Part shown: positions 26,861-28,011 of the stretch, in pieces | Numbering within the stretch: position 1 is the stretch's first letter | How the letters are laid out: each line of letters opens with the position of its first letter | Origin: Pedosphaera sp. | GTDB taxonomy: Bacteria; Verrucomicrobiota; Verrucomicrobiia; Limisphaerales; Pedosphaeraceae | Assembly (NCBI GenBank): GCA_028293465.1 | Contig: JAQGOT010000131.1 | Location: 1 to 28,011 of the forward strand | Direction of reading: 5' to 3' | Length of the DNA: 28,011 bases | Translations under genes and position numbers: made by a program | The notes under the pieces: generated by a model | What the model was told of the DNA's origin: nothing | The model's database searches: none | Seen by the model: only the letters and a program-made list of their open reading frames with translations

Positions 26861-28011
26861 ATGGAAATCAGCACTATAGGGCGGCCGCGGAACGTCGGTT
26901 GGGCGCGTGCCGCGGCGCTCATCTACGGTGATTGGGGGACGAGCAAAGCGTATGTCATCGGACTGGCGCTCTTTTCCATTGGCTTTTCTGCGCTGCCGCA
27001 TTTGCTGGCGGTGTGTGCCGTCACCGGGTTGGTGGGCGTCAATTACATCTGGATCTGCAAACACTTTCCTTCCGGCGGCGGCGTTTACACGGCGGCCGGA
27101 TTGCACTCCCGACGGTTGGCGATGATTGGCGGCTTGCTGCTGCTGGCCGACTACATCGTAACCGCTTCGCTGAGCTGTTTGGATGCCTTCCATTATATCG
27201 GTTTTGATCAGGCCGATGCGAAGAAGTGGGCCATCACGGCAATCTTTGCCATCGGCGCGGCAAATTTTGTGGGACCAAAACATTCCGGAGGGATCGCGGT
27301 CTGGCTGGCCATTCCCACGGTGGTTACGGTTATAGTTTTGATTCTGAGCGGGGTGCCCCATTTGGATAGCTTCCACGCCGTCCCGCCGAGAGGTAGTCTG
27401 GTCCATAACTGGATCGCTTTCACGGGCATGATCCTCGCCTTATCCGGTGTGGAGGCGGCGGCGAGCAGCACGGGGGTGCTGGAGTTGGATCCGGATGCCA
27501 CGCCGGAACGGCCTTCTGTTTACCGGACCGCCCGGCGCGCCATCCTGGTCGTGATGATCGAGGTAGTGTTGGGCACCGCCTTGCTCGGCGTCGTGGCCAT
27601 GTGTCTGCCGGCGGAGGCGGTGAAACATGAAAATGATCTGCTGCGTTACATGGGGGAGATTTTTGTCAGCCCGGAGTTTGGCGTCGTGGTGGGGTGGGTC
27701 TTCAGCGTGTTGCTGCTCTCCGCGGTGAACACGGCCATCACCGGCATGATTTCCCTGCTCTACGTGATGGCGCGGGACCACGAGATTCCAAAGCCCTTTG
27801 CCGAACTCAACAGCTTCGGCGTGCCGTGGGTTTCGCTTCTGCTGGCGACCATCCTGCCGGTCCTCGTGCTGAACGTGGATGATTCCGTGACCGGCCTGGC
27901 ATCGCTTTACGCCATCGGGGTGGTGGGGGCGATCGTCATCAACATCGGTTCGTGCGCTTTTGCCCGGAACCTTCCAATGCCCCGCTACGAACGAGTGACG
28001 ATGGCGGTTAC
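26861..28011 (+). CDS. APC-superfamily permease (runs off the window end; missing from ORF track)
   Basis: Open from ATG 26861 to the window end: MEISTIGRPRNVGWARAAALIYGDWGTSKAYVIG, FPSGGGVY, LLLADYIVTASLS, LALSGVEA, LSAVNTAI, MARDHEIP, LYAIGVVGAI; many hydrophobic helices. Confidence 0.88.
   Translation, partial: MEISTIGRPRNVGWARAAALIYGDWGTSKAYVIGLALFSIGFSALPHLLAVCAVTGLVGVNYIWICKHFPSGGGVYTAAGLHSRRLAMIGGLLLLADYIVTASLSCLDAFHYIGFDQADAKKWAITAIFAIGAANFVGPKHSGGIAVWLAIPTVVTVIVLILSGVPHLDSFHAVPPRGSLVHNWIAFTGMILALSGVEAAASSTGVLELDPDATPERPSVYRTARRAILVVMIEVVLGTALLGVVAMCLPAEAVKHENDLLRYMGEIFVSPEFGVVVGWVFSVLLLSAVNTAITGMISLLYVMARDHEIPKPFAELNSFGVPWVSLLLATILPVLVLNVDDSVTGLASLYAIGVVGAIVINIGSCAFARNLPMPRYERVTMAV

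Noticed and set aside
1-28011. tRNA, rRNA, CRISPR arrays, transposases, integrases, prophage genes
   Set aside because: None recognised; all long coding regions are accounted for by other families and no regularly spaced repeats were seen.

Overview
High-GC bacterial chromosomal window, most likely from a verrucomicrobium (inferred from a PVC-type haem-binding giant protein, a UBact-type modifier and the general gene content). The left 6.7 kb is a complete Pup-like tagging and 20S proteasome operon on the minus strand in actinobacterial gene order: arc ATPase, dop, small modifier, prcB, prcA, pafA-like ligase. Two of its key genes are absent from the supplied ORF track: a 56-aa UBact modifier ending in -RYRQRTGQ (3161-3331) and the PafA-like ligase that runs off the window start (1-1428). 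A 36-aa unannotated ORF ending in -STGD fits between arc and dop, and the ATPase lacks the GQYL/HbYX docking tail. The middle holds an ElaB/DUF883 gene, an output-less REC-PAS-PAS protein, a glycosyltransferase-glf-GH2 cluster, a DUF3299-like lipoprotein, a dipeptide epimerase, a 1379-aa propeller/HEAT/cytochrome c/DUF1080 fusion and an FG-GAP propeller. The right end holds mnmG, with a perfect parS palindrome written into a coding insertion (suggesting proximity to the origin), pgi, and a partial APC permease. I recognised no tRNA, rRNA, CRISPR array or mobile element. All family assignments are from motif recognition by eye, not database searches.
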